Virus record (IMG/VR): IMGVR_UViG_3300027741_000029
Coordinates: 32,001 to 96,000 of that record
Origin: a virus
DNA length: 64,000 bases
Strand: one strand, 5' to 3'
Position numbers and translations under genes: made by a program. Of this stretch, positions 55,880-64,000 are shown one piece after another. Position 1 is the stretch's first letter. Every line of letters starts with the position of its first letter. Under the pieces are notes generated by a model. The model did not search any database. It worked only from the letters and a program-made list of their open reading frames with translations, and was not told where the DNA came from.

Positions 55880-56637
55880 TGTAATTGTCCCTTATTCATC
55901 AAATGCAAATCTAAATTTTGTAGTTTATTTGCGCATAGTTTTGTTGTTTCGTAATGGTAAACTAACTTATCGTTTTCAAAACTAATATACTTTGTAAAAT
56001 TATCGCAATTAACAAGCGGATACTTCACAAATCCATAATTTTTTGAACCATATCCGCCGATAATATGGCAAGCAATGGTAAAGATATAATCATTGCGTAC
56101 TGGAATACGCTTAAACCCATACAACTCGCTATAATATACATAATGTTTTTGAACATGCTTTGCCATTTCAAATATGTTCTTTGCTTCCTCACACTTGTTG
56201 AAGATAGCAACAGTTGCCCAATACATGTCTATTTGGGTGTTGCCAAGTTTATATCGCTCAACCGTGCCAGTTCGTACATTATACACATCACGAGTCATAA
56301 TAAAATCTGTGTTACTGTTTATATGAGCAAGCAGGTTAGGGGTGCAAATATAATAATCACTATCTATGAGTAGCGTTCTGTTATATGGACTAATATCATA
56401 TAGATCGGTTCTTGAAAGATTATACCATGTAAAATCTTTGCGTAAATTTGCTGTTGGTTTTATGGCAACAATACGATTATGTGATCCAACATTGGCGGTT
56501 TCATCATCTGTTATAATTGTTACAGGTATGTTTAAGTGCTGCACAACACGGTCAGCCGCAGCCACCGCCATCTTTAGATGGTCATGTTTTTCATTATTAA
56601 ATGCGGTAATTATGCATCCATTAGAGTTGACGAGCAT
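55876..56637 (-). CDS. Glycosyltransferase-like protein (GT8-like)
   Basis: SPYNRTLLIDSDY (DxD), RNDYIF; paralog of the adjacent gene. Confidence 0.65.
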   Translation of the reverse strand: MLVNSNGCIITAFNNEKHDHLKMAVAAADRVVQHLNIPVTIITDDETANVGSHNRIVAIKPTANLRKDFTWYNLSRTDLYDISPYNRTLLIDSDYYICTPNLLAHINSNTDFIMTRDVYNVRTGTVERYKLGNTQIDMYWATVAIFNKCEEAKNIFEMAKHVQKHYVYYSELYGFKRIPVRNDYIFTIACHIIGGYGSKNYGFVKYPLVNCDNFTKYISFENDKLVYHYETTKLCANKLQNLDLHLMNKGQLQ

Positions 56638-56962
56638 TTCTAACTTTTGTAAACTCTTCGTATTCTGCTGCAAACTCGTTCATTACTTCATACCAACGGC
56701 GCTGACAAATATATAACAGTTCATGCGGAATAACTTTAACTGGAACATCATAGGCATCCATCATAAAAATTACACCATCCCAATCTTTCCAATTTGGGCC
56801 AAACCATGAATGTAAGAAAGCAATAAGTTCTTGGGTTACGATAAACATACCACCATTATAATTCACGGTCATTCGTGATTCAATGGCAGTATTGATATTT
56901 TGTTTTGCCAGTTCACGATCATATGCTACTCTGGCTGCATCACGCAATTCTTCTGTGTTCAT
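56621..56962 (-). CDS. Hypothetical protein
   Basis: 113-aa first gene of the minus-strand modification operon. Confidence 0.7.
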   Translation of the reverse strand: MNTEELRDAARVAYDRELAKQNINTAIESRMTVNYNGGMFIVTQELIAFLHSWFGPNWKDWDGVIFMMDAYDVPVKVIPHELLYICQRRWYEVMNEFAAEYEEFTKVRNARQL

Positions 56963-56968
56963 ATTACG

Positions 56969-56997
56969 ATTATAATAGAAAAGATAGGAAATGTCAA
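56969..56997 (-). promoter_or_regulatory. Consensus sigma70 promoter
   Basis: TTGACA-N17-TATAAT on the minus strand, ATG 6 nt downstream. Confidence 0.8.
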
Positions 56998-57003
56998 ATA
57001 ATA

Positions 57004-57927
57004 TTAGGCTTGAGTATTAACGTTACCGCTGAAGTTTACTACACCCCAAGTGTTTGCCAAGTTTGATGCTTCTGGATAAACAACAAATGGTGTTGCAGTA
57101 GTTGTTCCAGTATTAGTTTGACCAAACGTATTCGTATCATTATCATACAATCTTAAAGTAAGAATAATAACAGAACCTTTGTCGCCGTTCGCACCGAACG
57201 GTGCACCACCAGCAACTTTGACATCAATTACGTTATTGTTATAATTTGCATTACCAGTTCCGGTTTCAACAAGTGTCAAAAATGAAGTTGGAGTAGTAGT
57301 TAAATTATAATAACCACTGGTACTTGTATAAACGTTACGAGTATATGTTCCAACTGTACCCGCATGAACGCTGGCATTTGAACCCATATAAAAATAGTTG
57401 TATCCAGTATCAACAAAAGTATCCCACGCAGTACCAGCACTTGGACTTGTTATGGTATTTGTATTACTTTGTAGACCAATTCTTCCACCAGCATTGAAGA
57501 AATATCTTGCTTGGTCTGCGCTTGCAAAGGTATATGTAAATGTTTTGGTACTGAGTGATGACCAAGCTGTAGCATTTGTATTTGCAGTAGCATTTACGGT
57601 GCTACCACTGCTAGCATAGGTATATTTGCTGTTAATCATATTTGTAATAAATGAGTCAACTGTGTTCAAATATGTAATAACCGCACCACTGGTTGGCGAA
57701 GTAATACCAGTACCGCTGCCATATTGGTGGTTCTGTATTGAGTTCATACGAGCAACGAGTGTTGACCAATCAGTTGCAGGCACAACAGTACCAGCACTGG
57801 TTGTAGCAATAGTAGTGCTTTGTCCATATCCGTTGCCAGCATTACCCGTTCCCCAAAGAGCGTTTATTTGGTTTACACGAAGATTGAAATCAGTTGCTTC
57901 AATTATACCGCCGCTGCTATATGCCAT
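57004..57927 (-). CDS. Virion structural protein (tail/baseplate-associated)
   Basis: Thr/Gly/Asn-rich; MAYSSGGIIEATDFN..GNGYGQ; TF.F.SADQARYFFNAGG.I. Confidence 0.65.
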   Translation of the reverse strand: MAYSSGGIIEATDFNLRVNQINALWGTGNAGNGYGQSTTIATTSAGTVVPATDWSTLVARMNSIQNHQYGSGTGITSPTSGAVITYLNTVDSFITNMINSKYTYASSGSTVNATANTNATAWSSLSTKTFTYTFASADQARYFFNAGGRIGLQSNTNTITSPSAGTAWDTFVDTGYNYFYMGSNASVHAGTVGTYTRNVYTSTSGYYNLTTTPTSFLTLVETGTGNANYNNNVIDVKVAGGAPFGANGDKGSVIILTLRLYDNDTNTFGQTNTGTTTATPFVVYPEASNLANTWGVVNFSGNVNTQA

Positions 57928-57982
57928 ATTTTATAGTTCCCACACTTCTATTTATTTAATCTGTCTAAGTATTTAGAATTTG

Positions 57983-59203
57983 TTATGGGGCAATGTTTGC
58001 CATACTATAAGCACCAAGATAACTGCTGCCTCCATCATATGTAATAAATGATACAACATCACGATATGATACAGTAGTAGTTAAAGTAGGAGCCTGACCA
58101 TAACTCCAACGAACAGAAGCTGGATATGTAAGGTTATAACCACCGCTACCACCCTGTGTGGCTACAATAGTAACAGTTTGTGCCTTACCACTTGCTGGTG
58201 GATTGGTAAATGAAAGTGTACAATTTGTTGTTAACGTAATCGTATGAACATCGCTTGCACTCCAATCAACTGTATAAGTTGATCCAACACTGCCAGCAAC
58301 GTAAACATTTTCTATAATACGATTATTAATGGTAGCACTTGTAAATGTAGCAGAATTTGGCGTAACCCCACCAACAATACCGTTTAACGCACCAACATGA
58401 TTAACTGCAGTAATTGTGCCACTGCTTGTAAGACTTGTTAATGTTCCTGTGCTTGTGATATTTGGTTGACTTGCGCCTGTTACGTTCGTTGCATTATAGA
58501 TACTACCAATAATTGGTGTTGAAACTGTTAAACCAGTTAGCGTACCAAGACTAGTAATATAAGGTTGTGCATTTGTAATAAGTTGACCACTTAGTGGAAT
58601 AGCGCCAGTAAAAATATTTACGTTAATATTATAGCCTGGATTAATAGTAGAGAAACCAGGATAACTGGATACCCATGTAGAAGTAGGAGTAAATGAAGGG
58701 TCTTTACTTAATATACCAGTAAGTTGATTACCAACAAATAGCGCAAGAACTACGTGAGTTGCACTTGTGACATCAGTAATACTCATAGCAATAGCAGTTG
58801 TTTGTTGCTGTGAACTTGAATAAGTTGGACCAACTACTAACCATCCACTACCACTATAAATGTATAGTTGCTGATCATCGCTCTTATACCATAAATCGCC
58901 CTGAATAGCAGTAGAAGTAGGCGCAGTTACTGCAACAGTTGCTCCGCCGACAGTTTTAAAAGTTGAACCAGTATAAATTTGCAGTGAATTTGATGTAGTG
59001 TTCCACCATAGTTGACCAGTAATCGCATTAGACGGCTGAGAAGAACCTGCCCAACTTTGTAGCATGCTAACTAAATCTTGTTGCAGCAACTGTCCATAGT
59101 TTGGATAATTTTTACCAACAAGAGTAATACTTGTTGTAGTATCAGTAGTGCCGTCAAGAATAGTTATTGGCGAGTGATTGACTACAGTAATTGTATAAGA
59201 CAT
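57983..59203 (-). CDS. Tail fibre/baseplate wedge-like structural protein
   Basis: TSITLVGKNYPNYG..P..GQLWW; ITSLGTLTGL fibre repeats; C-terminal beta domain. Confidence 0.7.
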   Translation of the reverse strand: MSYTITVVNHSPITILDGTTDTTTSITLVGKNYPNYGQLLQQDLVSMLQSWAGSSQPSNAITGQLWWNTTSNSLQIYTGSTFKTVGGATVAVTAPTSTAIQGDLWYKSDDQQLYIYSGSGWLVVGPTYSSSQQQTTAIAMSITDVTSATHVVLALFVGNQLTGILSKDPSFTPTSTWVSSYPGFSTINPGYNINVNIFTGAIPLSGQLITNAQPYITSLGTLTGLTVSTPIIGSIYNATNVTGASQPNITSTGTLTSLTSSGTITAVNHVGALNGIVGGVTPNSATFTSATINNRIIENVYVAGSVGSTYTVDWSASDVHTITLTTNCTLSFTNPPASGKAQTVTIVATQGGSGGYNLTYPASVRWSYGQAPTLTTTVSYRDVVSFITYDGGSSYLGAYSMANIAP

Positions 59204-59224
59204 ATTTACAACCTAGTTTATAAC

Positions 59225-59452
59225 TTATTTATTAGAAATAACTGCGGTACTTGTATCCTTGTCTATATGCATGTAACCTTCGCATGCAATGTTCCAATCT
59301 TGACCATCAGTTTCATCCCAACAAGGCACATTTATCTGTACATGCTTTACAATAAATTCCTTGCCATTTTCAAAGATCCGCCACACGTGCTCTAACGAAC
59401 CACGCCCCTCACTTCCACGAGATTTATTAAAACGTATATGATACTTGTTCAT
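59225..59452 (-). CDS. Small hypothetical protein
   Basis: 75-aa ORF. Confidence 0.6.
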   Translation of the reverse strand: MNKYHIRFNKSRGSEGRGSLEHVWRIFENGKEFIVKHVQINVPCWDETDGQDWNIACEGYMHIDKDTSTAVISNK

Positions 59453-60063
59453 ACAATATTCGCAGTTTTATAAATGGCACTAACATTAAAATGCAGCATT
59501 TTAAAAAATTCTTTGCTACTATTCTTTGTGAAAGTATGTGGCAAATATGCGTTAGTAATAATTAATTGGCCAGCCACTGGATTAAAATTAATAGCCTCAC
59601 TAGCATCTGTTCCGTTATTGACATCTTTCTCTGGTAAATAATTTCCAAATTCTTTTGCTGGTCTAGGATCATGAATAACTAATTTACAACTATCTTCTGG
59701 ACATTCTAAAAAATAAAATCCAGTTAATATATTGCCATTACCATGAACATGTCGTTCTTGTCCACCACCATACTGATGTTCTTGAACCCAAAATTCGGTA
59801 AATACTAGTTCATAATTACTCATATCATATCCTTGATTATCTAACACCGTATTACAGGTTTTGATTATCTCAGTTGCCAATGTTGCAATTCTATGATCTT
59901 CGTTGAAATTTTCAGTATTGTAGTATGGAAATAAATCGCTAAACTCGACTATTGTTTTAATTTTTTCAATATATTCATTGCTAACCTCTTTAGCATTTTC
60001 AAGATATTCTGGCAACATTTTACTGTAAACAGGGCTGCTAAAATAAAACCAACTATCCATCAT
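59449..60063 (-). CDS. Putative 2OG-Fe(II) oxygenase
   Basis: FW..HVH..LTGFY..DPR..G.L......LPH. Confidence 0.8.
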   Translation of the reverse strand: MMDSWFYFSSPVYSKMLPEYLENAKEVSNEYIEKIKTIVEFSDLFPYYNTENFNEDHRIATLATEIIKTCNTVLDNQGYDMSNYELVFTEFWVQEHQYGGGQERHVHGNGNILTGFYFLECPEDSCKLVIHDPRPAKEFGNYLPEKDVNNGTDASEAINFNPVAGQLIITNAYLPHTFTKNSSKEFFKMLHFNVSAIYKTANIV

Positions 60064-60779
60064 TTCTTTATTGCAACCTCATCTCTATAGTAACTTTCAT
60101 GTGCTTTTAATTTTCGTGAAGCAATATCTACTTTTTTATAATCTGATTCTGAAAATTTTTCAATTTTTGATTTACTTAATATATCATCTCGTTTAATAGG
60201 AATAGCCTGAACTAGTGGTGTTCCAGCAGGTATAATTCCTGTAAAATTTGGTTGAGTGAACATAAATGGGAAATTAATAAAATTATCATAAACATCTGTA
60301 TCAACCAAACCACCAATGCAAGCAAATCGTGTGTCTTCTCTATTGATTGGTGGTATGAACAGTGTACTCCAACCCGGCGGAGTTTGTATTAGCCAAGGAT
60401 TAATAAATTTTAATGGCGGAATATGTTCACGTGGATGTGGCGATTTTTGACTTGTAATTTGTGCTTTGCCATGTTTATCGATGATATTTTTATAAAATTT
60501 ACTATCCCACTCTATGCCACTTGCATCGTCATTTGTTTTAATTTCAACATCTGCTGCCAATGGTATAATATAACCCACACTCATAGCATCAAGAAAAGGA
60601 ACACATCTTTTAACTGTGCTATTGTTCAATCGTTCAACATTATCAATGCGCATAGGCAAAGCCTTGAACCATTCAGGTATATATTTTCTTGCGCTATATG
60701 GTTTTGGAATAACATTCCAATCTTCTTCCATGCAAGCAAACTTAATTTGATTGTTTATTCCAAAAAACGATTTAAACAT
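60060..60779 (-). CDS. Hypothetical beta-rich protein, often beside phage oxygenases
   Basis: KRCVPFLDAM..GY.I..KF.NPW...TPPGWS..G.VDTD..GTPLVQ.IP. Confidence 0.55.
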   Translation of the reverse strand: MFKSFFGINNQIKFACMEEDWNVIPKPYSARKYIPEWFKALPMRIDNVERLNNSTVKRCVPFLDAMSVGYIIPLAADVEIKTNDDASGIEWDSKFYKNIIDKHGKAQITSQKSPHPREHIPPLKFINPWLIQTPPGWSTLFIPPINREDTRFACIGGLVDTDVYDNFINFPFMFTQPNFTGIIPAGTPLVQAIPIKRDDILSKSKIEKFSESDYKKVDIASRKLKAHESYYRDEVAIKK

Positions 60780-60988
60780 TAATTTTGTCCATTGCCCTTA
60801 TAGTATCTTATCTCGCCAGCATTATCCACATAAATTTTACAGTTTCTCACTTCCCGTTCACCACGAAGTATATGATCGTCATGAAGTGAAAAATGTAAAT
60901 TTGCTATCCACTGACGCAATTCAAAGGGTAATTTATCAAAGCAACTCATGACAATCTGCATTCTGCGGATGTCAATGTCATTGTTCAT
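60779..60988 (-). CDS. Small hypothetical protein
   Basis: 69-aa ORF. Confidence 0.55.
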   Translation of the reverse strand: MNNDIDIRRMQIVMSCFDKLPFELRQWIANLHFSLHDDHILRGEREVRNCKIYVDNAGEIRYYKGNGQN

Positions 60989-61296
60989 TATAATTTGCTT
61001 AGTTCAACTATATTGCTGCGTGTGATTTCATCAAGACCAACAAGAACAACACCAGTAATATTATACTGATCATCTACTTCATGATAATGAAGAATTGGAA
61101 ATGTATCTATCGCTTTGTCGTGAACCCAAGTTTGAAGACTTGCAAACACATCTGCATGTTGATTGATATCCCAATACGCAAGATGTTTAAAATCTACACC
61201 TTGTTCTGTTAACCAATCATATGCACTGCGATTTTCATTGTTGTCTTTAACTAAACCAGTGCATAAACATATATCTTTAATTTTTACAATACTCAT
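60988..61296 (-). CDS. Glutaredoxin/thioredoxin-fold-like small protein
   Basis: ..AYDWL...GVDF..L.Y..FPI..; GGAG RBS. Confidence 0.45.
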   Translation of the reverse strand: MSIVKIKDICLCTGLVKDNNENRSAYDWLTEQGVDFKHLAYWDINQHADVFASLQTWVHDKAIDTFPILHYHEVDDQYNITGVVLVGLDEITRSNIVELSKL

Positions 61297-61310
61297 TTTT
61301 ATCTCCGTGT

Positions 61311-62609
61311 TTATAGACCCTGATTAGGCCAAGAAATTGTAATTGTTCCAGTGTTGCCAGAGGTACCACTTGAACCTGAACTTCCGCTGCTGCCAGTAGA
61401 ACCAGTAGACCCACCTGTTCCACCACTGCCACCACTCCCAGCACCGCCACCGCTACCGCCTGTTCCGCCATTTCCAACAGTAATACTATAAGTCGTAAAC
61501 GGTGCAACAGTTGCACTAGCGTTGCTTGTATTATTTAATGTTGCAGTACCACCAGCATTACCGCTACCGCCAGCATTTCCAGATGCACCAGTATTTCCTG
61601 CATTGCCACTGCCAGCACCAGTACCACTATTGCCACTATTACCACTTGCACCAGTGCCGCCAGCATTGCCTGGACTTCCTGCTGAATTATTAGGAGCGTT
61701 TGGATTTCCGCTTGCGCCACCATTGCCTGGACTAGTACCACCAGTTCCAGCACTTCCATTTGTGTTACCATTTAAATTACGATCACGCCAGTCGCTTCCA
61801 CCGCCACTTCCACCGCCGCCGCCTGCTCCGCCAGTTCCACCTGCGTTACCGCTATTTCCTGCATTACCCGCTGCTCCGCCAGTACCGCCGTTACCACCAG
61901 CACCGCCATTACCACCAGCACCGCCATTACCACCAGCACCGCCATTACCACCAGAAAAATTAACTATATTGCTAAATTGTGTTGCATTTCCCACATTGCC
62001 GCTGCTGCCTACGCTGCCGCTTGCTCCTGTTCCGCCAGAATTACCCGCAGCACCGCTATTGCCCGCAGCACCGCTATTGCCGCTATTGCCTGCGTTGCCT
62101 GCTGTGCCATAACCACCTCCGCCACCACTGCCCCCCGATGAAGTAGTATATCCACCGCAACTATTAGGTGCGTTGTTCGTAGCGTGTCCGCCAGTACCAC
62201 CAGTTGTGCCACAGCCGCTGCCACCAGCGCCGCCGCTTGGTCCGTTACTTCCACGTCCCTTAGTGCCATTTCCACCGGCACTGCCACCAGGTGTTCCAGC
62301 AGAACCAGCAGTGCCCGGACTAGTACAATTACCGCTGCCGGTTCCTTGATTCCCACCACCACCGCCATTGCCGCCAGCACCGCCAGTGCCGCCATTACCG
62401 CCTGTGCCTACGTTGCCGCTGTTTCCACTAACACCTTGTCCGCCTTGTCCACCTTGTCCACCGTTTCCGCCAGCACCGCCATTGCCGCCATTTCCGCCAT
62501 AACCACTTATAGTGACTCTGCGAACACCGAAAGGTGCCTTCCAAGTAGTGCTGCTGTTAAAGGTTGCTGAGCCTGCATTTATTCTTGTGTTGAGTAATAA
62601 TGCTCTCAT
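61311..62609 (-). CDS. Glycine-rich (G-G-X / G-X-X) structural protein
   Basis: Long GGNGGA and GNSGAA runs bracketed by short beta domains; GGAG RBS. Confidence 0.8.
   Translation of the reverse strand: MRALLLNTRINAGSATFNSSTTWKAPFGVRRVTISGYGGNGGNGGAGGNGGQGGQGGQGVSGNSGNVGTGGNGGTGGAGGNGGGGGNQGTGSGNCTSPGTAGSAGTPGGSAGGNGTKGRGSNGPSGGAGGSGCGTTGGTGGHATNNAPNSCGGYTTSSGGSGGGGGYGTAGNAGNSGNSGAAGNSGAAGNSGGTGASGSVGSSGNVGNATQFSNIVNFSGGNGGAGGNGGAGGNGGAGGNGGTGGAAGNAGNSGNAGGTGGAGGGGGSGGGSDWRDRNLNGNTNGSAGTGGTSPGNGGASGNPNAPNNSAGSPGNAGGTGASGNSGNSGTGAGSGNAGNTGASGNAGGSGNAGGTATLNNTSNASATVAPFTTYSITVGNGGTGGSGGGAGSGGSGGTGGSTGSTGSSGSSGSSGTSGNTGTITISWPNQGL
61891..61953. repeat. 18-bp tandem repeat, 3.5 copies (encodes GGAGGN)
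   Basis: TTACCACCAGCACCGCCA repeated. Confidence 0.9.
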
Positions 62610-62618
62610 TTTTACTCC

Positions 62619-64000
62619 TTACAGAATTACTGCCTCAATTATAGTTTGGATTTGGTCTGCAATTGTTTCCATTGCAATAGCAAATGTATATGGGCTGCTT
62701 TGTTCTTCTGCAATAGCTACACCCCATGGTGATCCACGCAGTGATTGTCCTTTTAATACAGGACCGCTTACACGAACAGGAACTCGTCCCTTAAGTGCAA
62801 TATAAGTTCCACCATCAAGATCATCATTCATTTTAAAAGCTGGATTTTGACTGACTGTTCCAATAGCACGAACCGCACGACCATCATGTTGAGTAACTTC
62901 AGCATCGCCGCCTACCATAACAACAGTTCCAACAGGATATTCCGTATCTGTTAAGTATTTTTCGGCCAAGTCGGCGTATTTTGCGGTGGTTGATGTACCA
63001 TAGAAACTTGTTCCATAGAAATTATTAGCAAAACTGTAACTAAACATTGTATTGATATTGCCAATATTTGCAGTTAAATTGCCGTTTGTTAAAAATATAT
63101 TACCAATACCAAGATTTCCAGTATATGTTGGAAGATATGCAGCAACTTGTGTATTGCCATAGGAACTAGTAGTGCCGAATACTGTACCATTTGCCCAATA
63201 ATAAGCAGCACTATAAGTTGCGGTGTTAGCAACATGATTAGCGGCATACATATTTGCGCTTTGTGCAGTAATGTTGCCGCTTGCAACAACTGTTGTAAAT
63301 GAACCAGTATTTGCTGTATTAGCACCAATTGCACCAGTTAGGTAACCAATATGTTGTCCGCCACCGCTCGTAGTAAAACTTGGGCTTGTTAGCGAACCAG
63401 TACTTGTTATATTAGTTTGTGCATTAGTTATTAAGGTTCCACTTAAACCGCTATTTGCTACTACATAAGCAGCATATACGTTAGCGGTCTGTGCAGTAAT
63501 ATTGCCGCTTGATATAACTGTAGTGAATGTACCACTGTTTGCGGCATTAGCACCAATTGCGCCATTATGATAACCAATAATTTGTCCAGCGCCAGTGATA
63601 GTTCCTTGTGAAACTATTGTACTTGTTGCAGTAACTGTTGTAAATGCACCCGTATTGGCAGTGTTTGCACCAATAGCACCAGTGTGATAGCCGATTAATT
63701 GCCCACCACCGCTGGCTGTTAAAGCACTAGCCGTTAAAGCACTAGCCGTTAAACTACTAGCCAACGTTACTGCACTGTTAACATTTAAGGTTTCTAAATT
63801 ACCATATACGGTTTTCCAAGCACTATTATCATAAACGTTAAGAAATTTATAAGTGCTATCCCACCATAGTTGTCCTTGAACAGGATATGCAGGTGGATTA
63901 CTACTTGTATTACTAAAATTTTCTAAAAGATAAACAAAGTTTTCATTGAGAGCCGTGCCATAATTTGCCAAACTCTTACCGATAAGAGTCAAACTTATTG
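62619..64000 (-). CDS. Tail fibre protein, 5'-truncated, with C-terminal peptidase G2/chaperone-like domain
   Basis: Frame open to window end; three GQ.IGY..GAIGAN.AN.G.FTTV repeats; YADLAEKY..GTV..NP..IALKGRVPV. Confidence 0.75.
   Translation of the reverse strand, partial: ISLTLIGKSLANYGTALNENFVYLLENFSNTSSNPPAYPVQGQLWWDSTYKFLNVYDNSAWKTVYGNLETLNVNSAVTLASSLTASALTASALTASGGGQLIGYHTGAIGANTANTGAFTTVTATSTIVSQGTITGAGQIIGYHNGAIGANAANSGTFTTVISSGNITAQTANVYAAYVVANSGLSGTLITNAQTNITSTGSLTSPSFTTSGGGQHIGYLTGAIGANTANTGSFTTVVASGNITAQSANMYAANHVANTATYSAAYYWANGTVFGTTSSYGNTQVAAYLPTYTGNLGIGNIFLTNGNLTANIGNINTMFSYSFANNFYGTSFYGTSTTAKYADLAEKYLTDTEYPVGTVVMVGGDAEVTQHDGRAVRAIGTVSQNPAFKMNDDLDGGTYIALKGRVPVRVSGPVLKGQSLRGSPWGVAIAEEQSSPYTFAIAMETIADQIQTIIEAVIL
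63718..63762. repeat. 15-bp tandem repeat, 3 copies (encodes ASALT)
   Basis: GTTAAAGCACTAGCC x2 plus GTTAAACTACTAGCC. Confidence 0.9.

Noticed and set aside
61522-62570. Long plus-strand ORFs (Pro/Ala/Leu-rich) opposite the Gly-rich gene
   Set aside because: Antisense shadows of the low-complexity Gly codons; no RBS or recognisable fold
61311-62609. Mycobacterial PE-PGRS protein
   Set aside because: No PE domain; context is a phage fibre cluster, so the similarity is only low complexity
1-64000. Stop-codon recoding or a diversity-generating retroelement
   Set aside because: Long ORFs tile the window under code 11, TAG is used as a stop (e.g. 26887-26889), and no reverse transcriptase or TR/VR pair was seen

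Overview
64 kb of a large lytic dsDNA phage (T4-like/jumbo type, AT-rich, standard genetic code). No tRNAs, CRISPR arrays, introns or inteins were seen. Layout: (1) 1-19.4 kb, + strand late cluster of probable capsid-packaged internal proteins. Many begin with or are segmented by [LIVM]-x-E|[AGSV] sites resembling prohead-protease sites. Two giant polyproteins carry ParB-like, ART-like, HiPIP-like and three amidoligase domains. (2) 20-30 kb, replication genes (family B polymerase, sliding clamp, RNase H/5'-3' exonuclease) and small hypotheticals. (3) 30-35.6 kb, early region of small genes, each behind a repeated sigma70-type promoter cassette. It includes a 39-aa ArfA-like gene missing from the ORF track and a MoxR-AAA+/metallopeptidase-VWA pair. 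(4) 37-41 kb, folA-thyA followed by NDP-sugar enzymes. (5) 41-57 kb, mostly minus-strand cluster of seven radical SAM enzymes and four glycosyltransferase-like genes, interrupted by a GIY-YIG endonuclease. (6) 57-64 kb, fibre/structural genes, a Gly-rich protein and oxygenase-type genes. Best candidates for undescribed systems are the protease-segmented enzyme-payload polyproteins and the radical-SAM/glycan tailoring cluster. There are also several RNA elements with 5'-3' or anti-SD complementarity. All family assignments come from motifs recognised by eye, not database searches.
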